In this document: one piece after another, positions 51,219-61,354 of the stretch | Layout: every line of letters begins with the position of its first letter | How positions within the stretch are numbered: position 1 is the first letter of the stretch | Assembly: GCA_046754105.1 (NCBI GenBank) | Contig: JBHHVD010000002.1 | Coordinates: 16,484-80,483 of the forward strand | DNA from: Candidatus Krumholzibacteriia bacterium | GTDB lineage: Bacteria > Krumholzibacteriota > Krumholzibacteriia > WVZY01 | Length of the DNA stretch: 64,000 bases | Reading direction: 5' to 3' | The notes under the pieces: model-generated | The model's database searches: none | The model's input: only the letters and a program-made list of their open reading frames with translations | What the model was told of the DNA's origin: nothing | Translations under genes and position numbers: made by a program

Positions 51219-52069
51219 TCCTCCCCGCTCAAGCGAACGGTGCCTTCGAACGTAACGGCCGTGGGGCCCTCCAGGATCACGCCACTCGCCCCCCCCACTT
51301 CCGCTTCGAACCGCACCGCCAGGACGTCGCCGCCGCGCGCCACCAGCCGTACGGGACTCGCAGCCAGCCCGAGGTGCGACAGCACCACAGCCGCCGCCAC
51401 GGCACCGGTCCCGCAAGCCTCCGTCTCGGCCTCGACCCCCCGTTCGTAGGTCCGAATGGCGATCTCTCCGCCGGCGAGCGGGGTGACGAAATCCACGTTC
51501 GCCCCGTCGGGGGCGAACGTCTTGTGCTCGCGAATTGCACGGCCCCGGAGGGCGATCTCGTCGTCGCCGAGCGCCCGCGCCCCGTCCACTACGACGACGG
51601 CGTGGGGAACCCCCGTGTTGACAAAATGCACAATTTCTTCGCCCGCCGCAACCTTCACGGAAACGTCTTTTCGAAAACCGGTTGCGTCGGCCATGGATAT
51701 GGCGACCTTGCGGCCGTCGACCTCGCCCGCCAGGACACCCGACCCGGCGACGAAGCGCAGCCTCACCGTCTGCCCCCGCTTTTCCCCCAGCCCGAGCCCG
51801 GCCGCGTGAAAAACGGCGCACCTCGCCCCGTTCCCGCACATCTCCGCCTCTCCCCCGTCACTATTATAATAGCGCATTCGGAATGCCGCCTCCTCCGCCG
51901 CCTCGAGTAGAATCACACCGTCCGCCCCAACCCCTCGCCTGCGATCGCAAACGGCGCGAATCGCATTGCGACCGAGTGCCAATCCCGCCGCGCGGTTGTC
52001 GATCACGATGAAGTCGTTACCGGCGCCATGCATCTTGACGAAGCGGAACTCCACGGTGCTATCCCCCAT
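51215..52069 (-). CDS. dapF: diaminopimelate epimerase
   Basis: KMHGAGNDF, EMCGNGARC and ERGVEAETEACGTG motifs. Confidence 0.96.
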   Translation of the reverse strand: MGDSTVEFRFVKMHGAGNDFIVIDNRAAGLALGRNAIRAVCDRRRGVGADGVILLEAAEEAAFRMRYYNSDGGEAEMCGNGARCAVFHAAGLGLGEKRGQTVRLRFVAGSGVLAGEVDGRKVAISMADATGFRKDVSVKVAAGEEIVHFVNTGVPHAVVVVDGARALGDDEIALRGRAIREHKTFAPDGANVDFVTPLAGGEIAIRTYERGVEAETEACGTGAVAAAVVLSHLGLAASPVRLVARGGDVLAVRFEAEVGGASGVILEGPTAVTFEGTVRLSGEE

Positions 52070-53126
52070 TGGCGTCCTCCAGCAGCAGCTCGCCCACCCG
52101 GACCTTGTCCCCCGGCTCTATACGAAGCGTATCCGGATACATTACGCATGGCTCCCGGCAGGCGCGAGAAGAATCGTCCGCGCACGGATAGGTCCCACAC
52201 AGGCTGTCGTCCCTGAAATCCAGGAAGCTCCACAAGACGTAGGTTCCCGCGAGCACCTCCAGGTCGAACGACCCGTCGGCGCTGCAGCGCACGTAGTACG
52301 CCGGCGGCAGGCTGTCCGACCGTTCGTGCATGGTCACGACCACGGGCACGCTGTCCACGCCGGTCCGGTTGTCGACCGTGCCGGTCACCGACGCGGGCTC
52401 TGTGGGGTCCACGACATAAAAACTGATTCCCTCCCGCTGCGGGACCTCCGGGGACAGGGACAGGGTATCGCCGGGCGCGGCCGCCTCCCGCTCCCGGTTG
52501 TAGTCGAGATTCCCGTTCTGGTCCTGAAACGCCCAAAGGAGGAACGCCTCGCCGCTGGTCGGCAGGTAATCGAACCGGAACGTGCCGTCGGCCGCGCACG
52601 CCGCCTCCCGCTCCGGCCGCGCCGCCTCCGCGGAGAATGCACTGTCCTTTGGAAGCACGAAGAGACGGACGACGCCCTTGTCACTGGGCTTGCGCCGAAA
52701 CAGCACCCGGCCCGCAATGACACCGCTGTCAATGGCGGCCGAGGTCGCGAACGCGAACCGGAAACCGCTCTTGTTGGCCACGCCGTGCGCGTCGCTAAAA
52801 CCCGGCCTCAGCTCGACGACGTAGGTGGTGTCCGCGTGGAGCGGTTCTTCGAGCTCGAGCCTCAACGCATCCCCTTTCCACCTCGCCTTCTTGATCGTCA
52901 CCGGCGGGTGGAGGTCCAGCAGGCGTTCCATACGGGGCTTGCGCATACTCTCATCGAAGGTAATCTCGATCGGCGTGTCCACCGCCACCCCGGCCGAGCC
53001 GTCTCTCGGCAGGGTCGCCGAAACCTCCGGCGCCCGCGTGTCCTCCGGCCCCCCCGGCGGCGGCTCGGGGATCGCGCACGCCGCCGAGAGAACTACGACC
53101 GCCGCCACCCATATGCGGCGGGTCAT
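52059..53126 (-). CDS. Ig-like (Big_5) domain lipoprotein
   Basis: LSAAC lipobox; PPPGGPED..P motif; ITFDE; DQNGNLD Ca-loop-like motif. Confidence 0.7.
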   Translation of the reverse strand: MTRRIWVAAVVVLSAACAIPEPPPGGPEDTRAPEVSATLPRDGSAGVAVDTPIEITFDESMRKPRMERLLDLHPPVTIKKARWKGDALRLELEEPLHADTTYVVELRPGFSDAHGVANKSGFRFAFATSAAIDSGVIAGRVLFRRKPSDKGVVRLFVLPKDSAFSAEAARPEREAACAADGTFRFDYLPTSGEAFLLWAFQDQNGNLDYNREREAAAPGDTLSLSPEVPQREGISFYVVDPTEPASVTGTVDNRTGVDSVPVVVTMHERSDSLPPAYYVRCSADGSFDLEVLAGTYVLWSFLDFRDDSLCGTYPCADDSSRACREPCVMYPDTLRIEPGDKVRVGELLLEDANGG

Positions 53127-54064
53127 CAACCCGCATCCCCCGTCGGTGGAATGAGCAGCGAGAGGAGCGCACGTTGCACGTGCAGGCGGTTTTCGGCCTC
53201 GTCGAATACCAGGCTCCGATCGGATTCGATGACTTCATCCGTAATCTCTTCGCCGCGATGGGCGGGCAGGCAGTGCAGCACCACCGCGTGGGAAGGCGCT
53301 CGTTCGACGAGGGCGCGGTTGACCTGGAATCCCGCGAAATCCGATCGGCGTTTCGCCGCCTGCTCCTCCTGCCCCATCGACGCCCACACGTCCGTGTAGA
53401 CAACGTCCGCCCCTGTCACCGCTCGTTCGGGATCGTTTACTTCGCTGTACAGTTCCGCGTCCCGCCCGAGCGCGTCATCGACGAACTCCCGTTCGACGCC
53501 GTAACCCTTGGGACAGCCCAACACGAAGCGGAATGACAACCGCGCTGCGGCGTTGACCCAGCTGCGTGCGACGTTGTTTCCGTCACCCAGAAAGGCCACG
53601 GTGAGGTTGTCGAGGTTGCCGCGGTGCTCCTGGATCGTCATCAGGTCTGCGAGTATCTGGCACGGGTGTAACAGGTCGGTCAAACCGTTAATCACGGGCA
53701 CCGAGGCGAACTCGGCCAGCCTCTCTACGATGCCGTGGTCGAAAGTCCTGATCATAACACCGCTGACGTACCGCGAGAGCACCCGCGCTACGTCCTGCGG
53801 TGCCTCACGGCTCCCGACACCGATTTCCTTGTCGGTCAGGTAGAGCGAATCGCCTCCGAGGTGATGCATGGCTACCTCGAAACTCACCCGCGTTCTCAAG
53901 GAGGGCTTGTGAAAAATGCACGCGAGGGTCTTGCCGGCGTGCGTTTGTGGAAGCGCTCCCGTGGCGAGCCGTTCCTTTTGCTGGAGCGCGAGCGCGATGA
54001 TTTCCCGGATTCCCTCAGCATTGTAGTCGGCGATCGAAATGAAATCCTTGTGGCGCAGCGCCAT
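53126..54064 (-). CDS. argF: ornithine carbamoyltransferase
   Basis: SLRT, HPCQ, GDGNN, DVWASMG and HCLP motifs. Confidence 0.93.
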   Translation of the reverse strand: MALRHKDFISIADYNAEGIREIIALALQQKERLATGALPQTHAGKTLACIFHKPSLRTRVSFEVAMHHLGGDSLYLTDKEIGVGSREAPQDVARVLSRYVSGVMIRTFDHGIVERLAEFASVPVINGLTDLLHPCQILADLMTIQEHRGNLDNLTVAFLGDGNNVARSWVNAAARLSFRFVLGCPKGYGVEREFVDDALGRDAELYSEVNDPERAVTGADVVYTDVWASMGQEEQAAKRRSDFAGFQVNRALVERAPSHAVVLHCLPAHRGEEITDEVIESDRSLVFDEAENRLHVQRALLSLLIPPTGDAG

Positions 54065-54081
54065 TTCCTCTCCTTTGGAAC

Positions 54082-55422
54082 TCACAATATATAGCGCGTC
54101 AAATCCTCATCGGCGAGAATATCATCGAGCTTGCCCTTTACGTGCTTGCCCGTGAACTCGACACGTTTTTGGCCCGATTCGGGAAGATCGAAGAGTACTT
54201 TTTCCAGCAGCGTGGCGAGAACGGTCTGCAGGCGGCGCGCGCCGATGTTCTCGGAGCGTTCGTTCGCCAGGCCGGCCACGCGCGCGATTTCGACCAGAGC
54301 ATCATCGGTGAAAACCAGCTGGCAGTCCTCGGCGAGTAGAAGGGCCTGGTACTGTTTGACCAATGAATTAGCCGGCTCCTTTAGAATGCGCACGAAATCT
54401 TCCGGCCCGAGCGAAGACAATTCGACCCGGATGGGAAACCTGCCCTGGAACTCGGGGATCAAGTCGGAAGGTTTCGACATGTTGAACGCACCCGCCGCCA
54501 CGAACAAGACGTGGTCCGTTTTCACCACCCCGTGACGCGTGTTGATCGAACATCCTTCCACAATCGGCAGCAGGTCGCGCTGCACGCCCTCGCGCGACAC
54601 GTCGGGTCCCGAGTGCGCCGTGCCACCGGCGATCTTGTCGATCTCGTCTATGAAGACGATCCCGTTGGTTTCCACCCGGCGTTTTGCCTCGGTGACGACC
54701 TTTTCCATATCGATCGCCTTGCCCGTCTCTTCGGCACGCAGGTGCTCACGGGCGCGGTCGATAGTGAGCTCCCGTTCACCGGTGCTCTGCGGGGCGAACG
54801 GATTGATGTTGCCCGGAAACTGAACGCCCATTTCCTCCGTCCCGCCGCGCGAGAAGATTTCGATCATGGGACCGGCCGTCGCTGCCGTTTTGACCCGGAC
54901 CTTTCGGGCCTCGAGATCCCCGTCACGGAGCTTGCGGCGAAGTTTCTCGCGGGTCCGTTCCCGTCGCTCGTGGGCCTCGTCCTCGTCATCGGCGAGCGGG
55001 ACCGACGGGTCCGGCATCAACAGATCTATCAGCCGCTCCTCGACGGCTTCCTCGACGCGCGCCGCGACTTGCTCGCGATGCTCCTCCTTGACGAGGCCGA
55101 TCGAGATCTCGACGAGATCGCGGATCATGCCCTCCACGTCCCGTCCCACATAGCCTACCTCGGTGTAGTTGCTTGCCTCCACCTTGACGAAGGGCGCCCT
55201 TACCAGGCGCGCGAGGCGTCGCGCAATCTCCGTCTTGCCGACCCCCGTCGGTCCGATCATGATGATGTTGTTGGGGAGGATCTCGTCTCGCATATCCTCT
55301 GCGGCGTGCTGCCTTCGCCAGCGGTTGCGCAAGGCGATCGCCACCGCGTGTTTCGCACCGTCCTGTCCTATGATATAGCGATCGAGTTCCCCAACGATCT
55401 GGCTAGGCGTCAAATGGGCCAT
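54082..55422 (-). CDS. hslU: ATP-dependent protease ATPase subunit HslU
   Basis: GPTGVGKTE, GYVGRD, DEIDK and NIGARRL motifs. Confidence 0.97.
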   Translation of the reverse strand: MAHLTPSQIVGELDRYIIGQDGAKHAVAIALRNRWRRQHAAEDMRDEILPNNIIMIGPTGVGKTEIARRLARLVRAPFVKVEASNYTEVGYVGRDVEGMIRDLVEISIGLVKEEHREQVAARVEEAVEERLIDLLMPDPSVPLADDEDEAHERRERTREKLRRKLRDGDLEARKVRVKTAATAGPMIEIFSRGGTEEMGVQFPGNINPFAPQSTGERELTIDRAREHLRAEETGKAIDMEKVVTEAKRRVETNGIVFIDEIDKIAGGTAHSGPDVSREGVQRDLLPIVEGCSINTRHGVVKTDHVLFVAAGAFNMSKPSDLIPEFQGRFPIRVELSSLGPEDFVRILKEPANSLVKQYQALLLAEDCQLVFTDDALVEIARVAGLANERSENIGARRLQTVLATLLEKVLFDLPESGQKRVEFTGKHVKGKLDDILADEDLTRYIL

Positions 55423-55464
55423 GACCCGCCTCCCCGGCATCCCGTTTCATCTGCTTCTCCTCAT

Positions 55465-55995
55465 TCAAAGTGTTTCCAACGTAATGTGGCTGTTTGTATA
55501 GAGACAAATCCGGCTCGTAATGAGGAGCGCCTCCCGTACGATTTCCCGTGGATCATCGTATCCCGCCTTGACGAACGCCCTGGCGGCGGCCAGTGCGTAC
55601 GGGCCGCCCGAACCCAGCGCGACGATGTTGTCCTCGGGTTCCACCACGTCACCGGTTCCCGATATCAACAGCGAGGATTCCTTGTCCATAACGGCCAGCA
55701 TCGCCTCGAGCCTCCGCAGCACGCGGTCGCTTCTCCAGTCCTTGGCAAGCTCCACCGACGCGCGGCGCAGGTTGCCGCTGAATTTCTCCAGTTTCTCCTC
55801 GAATCGCTCAAAAAGCGTGAAGGCGTCCGCCGTGCTGCCGGCGAAGCCGGCCACTATCTTGCCGCCGCCGAGCGTCCGTATCTTGGTGGCGTTTTGTTTC
55901 ACGATTGTCGTCCCCAGAGTCACCTGCCCGTCGCCGCCGATGGCGACACGGCTGCCCGCGCGGACACCGAGTATTGTCGTTCCCTTGATTTTCAA
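55465..55995 (-). CDS. hslV: ATP-dependent protease peptidase subunit HslV
   Basis: [20 protein letters not shown] and GSGG motifs; TTG start. Confidence 0.97.
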   Translation of the reverse strand: MKIKGTTILGVRAGSRVAIGGDGQVTLGTTIVKQNATKIRTLGGGKIVAGFAGSTADAFTLFERFEEKLEKFSGNLRRASVELAKDWRSDRVLRRLEAMLAVMDKESSLLISGTGDVVEPEDNIVALGSGGPYALAAARAFVKAGYDDPREIVREALLITSRICLYTNSHITLETL

Positions 55996-56008
55996 CTCGT
56001 CCCCCCCT

Positions 56009-56926
56009 TTACGACCGCGGGTGCGCCTTGCTGTATACAGCCCGCAGCCGTTTGGCCGTTACGTGCGTGTACGTCTGCGTCGTAGAGAGGCTCTCGTGCC
56101 CCAATAGCTCCTGGACCGCGCGAAGATCCGCCCCGTTATCCAGCAGGTGCGTCGCGAACGCGTGCCGCAGCTTGTGAGGACTGAGCGACGAAGCCAGCGA
56201 CACACGTCGCAGGTATTTCTCGACGACGCGTTGTACCGTGCGGTCGCTGATGCGCCGGTGCCCTCGCGCCGAAAACGCGGCCAGACCCGCGTAGCCGGAC
56301 AGCGAAGACCAACCCGCGGCCGCCGGCAGGCCGAAGCGGGCCTTCTGGTAGCGCAGGAACCACCGCTTGGCCTCCCCACCCCACGGCACCAATCGCTCCT
56401 TGCTGCCCTTGCCGAGAACGCGCAACGTCTCCCCACCCTTCAGAAAATCGGCAACGTCGAGACCGACCATTTCGCTCAAGCGAACGCCGGTTCCGTAGAG
56501 AAACTCCAGCAGCGCCCGGTCGCGGCAGCCGACGAGCGTAGAGGTGTCGGGCAGCGACATCATCTCGGCGATCCGGTCCTCACCTACGATGAACGGCAGG
56601 TCCCGGCGTGCCCTGGGCAGCGTCAGGTGCAATGTCGGGTCTCCCCCGATATGCCCACGCTGGAGCAGCCAGCCGAAAAAGGCGCGCAACGACGAAATCT
56701 TCCGCATTATCGTCGAAGAGGCAAGCCTCGCCTCGGCCAACTCGCGCACGAACGCCCGCACGTCGCGGAGGGTTACCCCCACCACCCGCGAGGCCTTGCC
56801 CTTGCGTTCGGCGAAGGCCGCGAACTGGGCGAGATCCGTCACGTAGGCCTGCAGCGTGTTCTGCGCCAGGGCTTTTTCCACGCGCAAAAAACTCTCGAAT
56901 CTCTCGATGGCTCGGTCGATGGTCAT
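56009..56926 (-). CDS. xerC: tyrosine recombinase XerC
   Basis: YGTGVRLSE and [18 protein letters not shown] motifs; topA-trmFO-xerC-hslVU synteny. Confidence 0.9.
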   Translation of the reverse strand: MTIDRAIERFESFLRVEKALAQNTLQAYVTDLAQFAAFAERKGKASRVVGVTLRDVRAFVRELAEARLASSTIMRKISSLRAFFGWLLQRGHIGGDPTLHLTLPRARRDLPFIVGEDRIAEMMSLPDTSTLVGCRDRALLEFLYGTGVRLSEMVGLDVADFLKGGETLRVLGKGSKERLVPWGGEAKRWFLRYQKARFGLPAAAGWSSLSGYAGLAAFSARGHRRISDRTVQRVVEKYLRRVSLASSLSPHKLRHAFATHLLDNGADLRAVQELLGHESLSTTQTYTHVTAKRLRAVYSKAHPRS

Positions 56927-57039
56927 GGCGGGTCCGTCTGCGGCCGGCACGAATTCCAGCTAAATATAGTGAAAAGCAATGACTTGGTTAAAGTAAAATC
57001 TGGGCGGCCGCGGCCGGTAGAGCCCACGGCGCCCGGTGT

Positions 57040-58377
57040 TCACGCGGACCGGGCGGCCGCCTCCTCGAAGAGCCACGGGTGATCCTCCCGATATGCCGTC
57101 ATCGTCGCGCAGGCGCGTTCGGAAATTCTCCGGTACCGCTCCCGGCGGGAGCCCCGTGATTGCTCGACCCGCGGCACGATACCCATGTTGGCGTTCATCG
57201 GTTGGAAATTGCGTGTGGGCGTATGTATGTGCGTCATCAGCGATCCGACCATGGTCCCGGCCGGCAGCGGTGGCACGACACGGCCGCGCAGGCCGGCGTA
57301 GACGGAGAGTGCCGCGACCAGGCCACTCATAATGCACTCGACGTAGCCCTCCACGCCGCAGATCTGGCCCGCGTAGTGGAGACCCGGCCGAACGCGGTCT
57401 CTCTGGTACGGTTCGCACAGCGTTGGGATGTTGAGGAAGATGTTGCGGTGAATAGAGCCGTAGCGCAGGATCCGCGCCCGCCGCAGGCCGGGCAGTGAAC
57501 GCAGCACTTCCTTCTGCGCCAGGTACGTCATCCGGGTCTGAAACCCGACCAGGCCGAGGAGCGTACCGCCGTGACTTTCCTGGCGCAGCTGGACGACCGC
57601 GTAGGGCTCGCGCCCGCTGCGGGGATCGATGAGACCTTTCGGTTTGAGCGGGCCGTAGCGCAGCGTGTCCTCGCCGCGCTCGACCATCACTTCGACCGGC
57701 AGGCAGGATTCGAAGTATTTGCGGTCTTCGAACGCGTGCGGTGTTACGACGTCGGCCCCACGGATGCGTCCGACGAGCGCGGCGTACTTCGCTCGATCGA
57801 GGGGTATGTTGAAGTAATCCGCCGTGCCCTTTCCGTACCGACTCGCCCAGTACCCCTCGCCCTCGTCGATCGAGTCGGCATCGACGGATGGAGCGATGGC
57901 ATCGTAGAAATACAGGTGCTCGCTCGAGCAATGGTCCCGCAGCGCGCCTGACAATGCCCCCGCCGTGAGCGGCCCCGTGGCGACGATCGCGGGCAGAGGC
58001 AGGTCGAGATCGTCCTGCCGCTTCCGGTCGACGGTGATATTCGGCTGGCCCTCGATGGCCTCCGTCACCGCCCCCGCGAAGAGGTCGCGGTCGACGGCCA
58101 GCGCGTGGCCGGCGGGCACGCGCACCGACTGCGCCACAGCCAGCAGGCGGCACCCCAGAATATCCAACTCGGCTTTGAGCAGGCCGGACGCATTCTCGAT
58201 CAAGGTGGACTTGAATGAATTCGTGCAGACGATCTCGGCCAGGTGGGGGGAGCGGTGGGCGCCGGTCGCGGTGTGCGGGCGCATTTCGAGCAGCCGCACC
58301 GGAATTCCGCGCACGGCGAGCTGCCAGGCGGCCTCCGATCCGGCGAGACCGCCTCCGATGATGTGAACGGCTTGCAT
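57040..58377 (-). CDS. trmFO: folate/FAD-dependent tRNA (U54) methyltransferase TrmFO
   Basis: GGGLAGSEAA, VCTNS, ALAVDR and GQICGVEGY motifs. Confidence 0.96.
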   Translation of the reverse strand: MQAVHIIGGGLAGSEAAWQLAVRGIPVRLLEMRPHTATGAHRSPHLAEIVCTNSFKSTLIENASGLLKAELDILGCRLLAVAQSVRVPAGHALAVDRDLFAGAVTEAIEGQPNITVDRKRQDDLDLPLPAIVATGPLTAGALSGALRDHCSSEHLYFYDAIAPSVDADSIDEGEGYWASRYGKGTADYFNIPLDRAKYAALVGRIRGADVVTPHAFEDRKYFESCLPVEVMVERGEDTLRYGPLKPKGLIDPRSGREPYAVVQLRQESHGGTLLGLVGFQTRMTYLAQKEVLRSLPGLRRARILRYGSIHRNIFLNIPTLCEPYQRDRVRPGLHYAGQICGVEGYVECIMSGLVAALSVYAGLRGRVVPPLPAGTMVGSLMTHIHTPTRNFQPMNANMGIVPRVEQSRGSRRERYRRISERACATMTAYREDHPWLFEEAAARSA

Positions 58378-58380
58378 GGA

Positions 58381-60594
58381 TTAATCGAGGGTGACTTCCT
58401 CTTTGCACTCGGGGCATTTCCAGTACGTGCCCCGGCGCGTCGACGTCTTCTCGAGCATGTAGGAATTTTCGCACGCCGGGCACGGAGATGCAATCGGCTT
58501 GTCCCACGCGGCAAACGTGCAATCCGGGTACCTCGCGCACCCGTAAAAGCGCTTGCCGCGACGGGTCACTTTCTCCACGACGTGCCCATCGCAATCTTCC
58601 AGCGGGCAGTCCATACCGATGGGAAAGGCCTCTGTATGCTTGCACTCGGGGTAGTTGCTGCAGGCCGCGAATCGACCATAGCGCCCCACTTTCGCGATCA
58701 GATCACCGCTGCACTTCGGGCACTTCCGGTCCAGGTGGATCGATTCGGCCTCTCCCTCGAGCGGACGTGAAAACTTGCACTCGGGATAGGCCGGGCAGGC
58801 CAGGAACTGGCCGTTCCGGCCCCACTTTTTGATCAGTTTGCGGCCGCACTTGTCGCACGTGCGGTCGGTCTCCTCCTGTAGCTCACTCTTTATCCGGTCC
58901 TTCTTGTCATCGATGTGATCCAGGGCTTCCTTGAAGGGCCCGTAGAAATCGTTCACCACTTGCTGCCAGGAATCCTCCCCGCCCTCTATCTTGTCCAGCT
59001 CCTCCTCCATGAGCGCGGTAAACGACGTGTCGAACAGGTCCGGGAAAAAGCCCTCGAGCGTCAGCCATACCTGCTGCCCGAGCGTCGTCGGACGGAGCTT
59101 GTTCTCCTCTTTCACCACGTACTCGCGGTCCTGAATAATCGACACGATACTCGCATACGTGCTGGGACGGCCGATCCCTTTGTCCTCCAGCTCCTTGATG
59201 AGCGTCGCCTCGCTGTAACGAGGCGGGGGCTCCGTGAAATGCTGGGTACCGTCTATGGTCTTCAAATCCAGTTTGTCGCCCACCTTCATATCGGGAAGCT
59301 CGGTTTCCTTATCGGATGAGTTCTCGTCGTACACACTGAGGAAACCTCGGAACGTCATCACGCGGCCGTTGGCCTTGAGCGTGTATTCATCGGCCGCAAT
59401 CGTAACTTCGGTTGTGTCGTAGCGCGCGCTTGCCATCTGCGACGCAACGAAACGCTGCCAGATGAGACCGTAGAGAGCGGTCTGGTCCTTGCTCAGGTGC
59501 TTGCCAACGGAATCGGGGGTCCTCATTACGTCGGTCGGCCGAATGGCTTCGTGAGCATCCTGTGCCCCCTTCTTTTGCTTGTAGGTGTGGGGTTTGTCGG
59601 GCGTGTGGTCTTTGCCGAAGGTCGATTCTATGTACTCCGCCGTACCCTGGGCGGCTTGCGGTGATATACGTACCGAATCCGTCCGCATATAGGTAATGAG
59701 ACCGACACGTTCGTCCTTTCCCAGATCGATACCCTCGTAGAGCTGCTGGGCGAGCATCATGATCTTCTTCGGTGAGAAGCGAAGGCGCCGCGCAGCGTCG
59801 CGCTGGAGCGTGCTGGTGATGAACGGGGGCTGTGGGTTGCGTTTCCTTTCCTTCTTGACCACGTTGCTAACCCCGAACTCGCTCTTTCTGAGCGCCGCAA
59901 GTATCGGGTCTACGTTTTCTTTGCACTTCAAATCAATCTTCTCGCCACCCTTGTGCGTAAGCCGCGCCGGCACCTCTTCACCCTTGCCCGTCAGCAGCAC
60001 GGATTCTATCGTCCAGTACTCCACGGGATTGAACGCGACAACCTCGGCTTCCCGCTCGCACACCAGACGCAGGCCCACGGTTTGCACGCGGCCGGCGCTC
60101 AGGCCGTAGTAGAAGATCTGCCACAACACGGGGCTGATCTGGTATCCCACGATACGATCGAGAATGCGGCGCGCCTGTTGCGCGTCGACCTTGCGCTGGT
60201 CGACCTTGCCGGGGCTGGCGATCGCCTCCTTGATGGCGGCGCGTGTAATCTCGTTGAATACGATGCGCTGGATGGCTACCTTGCTGCGGCTCTTGGCCAG
60301 CGCCTGTTCGAGATGCCAGGCGATGGCTTCGCCCTCCCTGTCCATATCGAGCGCGAGCAGGACGACGTCCACGTCCTTGGCGTCCTTCTTGATCTGGGTC
60401 AGGACCTTCTGCTTACCCTTCGACACCACGTACTTGGGTGAAAAACCGTTGTCGACGTCGACGCCAAGCTCGTTCTTGGGCAGGTCCATGACGTGCCCCA
60501 CTGAGGCAATGACCTTGTAGCCTTTGCCCAGGAACTTCTTGATCGTGTTCGCCTTGGCGGGCGACTCCACTATAACCAGCGATCGTTTGCTCAT
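58381..60594 (-). CDS. topA: DNA topoisomerase I
   Basis: IVESPAK, DREGE, SAGRVQ, ITYMRTD and GIGRPSTY motifs; C-terminal Zn ribbons. Confidence 0.97.
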   Translation of the reverse strand: MSKRSLVIVESPAKANTIKKFLGKGYKVIASVGHVMDLPKNELGVDVDNGFSPKYVVSKGKQKVLTQIKKDAKDVDVVLLALDMDREGEAIAWHLEQALAKSRSKVAIQRIVFNEITRAAIKEAIASPGKVDQRKVDAQQARRILDRIVGYQISPVLWQIFYYGLSAGRVQTVGLRLVCEREAEVVAFNPVEYWTIESVLLTGKGEEVPARLTHKGGEKIDLKCKENVDPILAALRKSEFGVSNVVKKERKRNPQPPFITSTLQRDAARRLRFSPKKIMMLAQQLYEGIDLGKDERVGLITYMRTDSVRISPQAAQGTAEYIESTFGKDHTPDKPHTYKQKKGAQDAHEAIRPTDVMRTPDSVGKHLSKDQTALYGLIWQRFVASQMASARYDTTEVTIAADEYTLKANGRVMTFRGFLSVYDENSSDKETELPDMKVGDKLDLKTIDGTQHFTEPPPRYSEATLIKELEDKGIGRPSTYASIVSIIQDREYVVKEENKLRPTTLGQQVWLTLEGFFPDLFDTSFTALMEEELDKIEGGEDSWQQVVNDFYGPFKEALDHIDDKKDRIKSELQEETDRTCDKCGRKLIKKWGRNGQFLACPAYPECKFSRPLEGEAESIHLDRKCPKCSGDLIAKVGRYGRFAACSNYPECKHTEAFPIGMDCPLEDCDGHVVEKVTRRGKRFYGCARYPDCTFAAWDKPIASPCPACENSYMLEKTSTRRGTYWKCPECKEEVTLD

Positions 60595-60745
60595 GGCTTT
60601 CTATACAAAAATGCAAAGCCCGGAGGTTTTGCTCAGAGTAACCAATGGCGATCGAACCCGGCACCTGGAAGCCGGCACCAACCGCCACTCGCTTCGCAGC
60701 CCTGCGACTCGCGTAGCGACTATGTATTAATCGTCGAGTCTGGCC

Positions 60746-61201
60746 CTAGATCACAAGCATCTCGTCGTCGAGCACCTGATAGAGCGTCTCCTCGATGTCC
60801 TCGGCGTCGACGTTGAACAGCACGCGGCCGGCCAGCGCCTTCACGTCGGAGACGTGCATTCTCTCACCGGCATACGGGACCATCCGCTTCATGATACGCT
60901 CGAACTGAACCTCGTCCAACAGGCCAAGGTTCTGCAGCCGCAGCAGATAGCCATGGGCGCCACTGTCGAGGGTCATTGCTTCCCACGGCGCCAGGATCCG
61001 AAAAACCGGCCGCTCCCCGCCGGTGCCGCCACCGTGCTCGATGGGCCGCCACAGCGACGTAATCCACGAGAGAGCTTCCTGGATCTCCTCCGTGGAATAG
61101 CCCAGGTGGATGAGCTCTTTGTCCAATTCTTTCAAAGACTTACCCTTGTGTTGGCTGAATTCCGCGACCAGCACCACGAGGTCCATCAGTCGGTCTACCA
61201 T
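60746..61201 (-). CDS. smg: Smg/DUF494 family protein
   Basis: LGY..EEI.EALSW, FRILAPWE and GYLLRL..LGLL motifs; directly upstream of topA. Confidence 0.7.
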   Translation of the reverse strand: MVDRLMDLVVLVAEFSQHKGKSLKELDKELIHLGYSTEEIQEALSWITSLWRPIEHGGGTGGERPVFRILAPWEAMTLDSGAHGYLLRLQNLGLLDEVQFERIMKRMVPYAGERMHVSDVKALAGRVLFNVDAEDIEETLYQVLDDEMLVI

Positions 61202-61354
61202 ATGTCGGCCTCCCCTGTGCGTACGGCCTGTCGATGCAAGTTGCGTGCTAGCCCGTTACGGCATAGAAACATAACGCCACCCGCCCGAACGATGCAATCG
61301 TTATTTTTCCGGAAGCGATCGGCCTGAATCCTCAAGCAGAGGCAGTCACGGGGC

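Noticed and set aside
53880..53910. SLRT motif suggesting an N-acyl-ornithine transcarbamylase
   Set aside because: DVWASMG and HCLP motifs indicate an ordinary OTC
43732..56926. Two tyrosine recombinases as a possible mobile element
   Set aside because: Both sit in standard chromosomal xerD/xerC contexts among core genes
61235..61250. TAGCACG-CAAC-TTGCA sigma54-like box upstream of smg
   Set aside because: The near-invariant GG at -24 is AG
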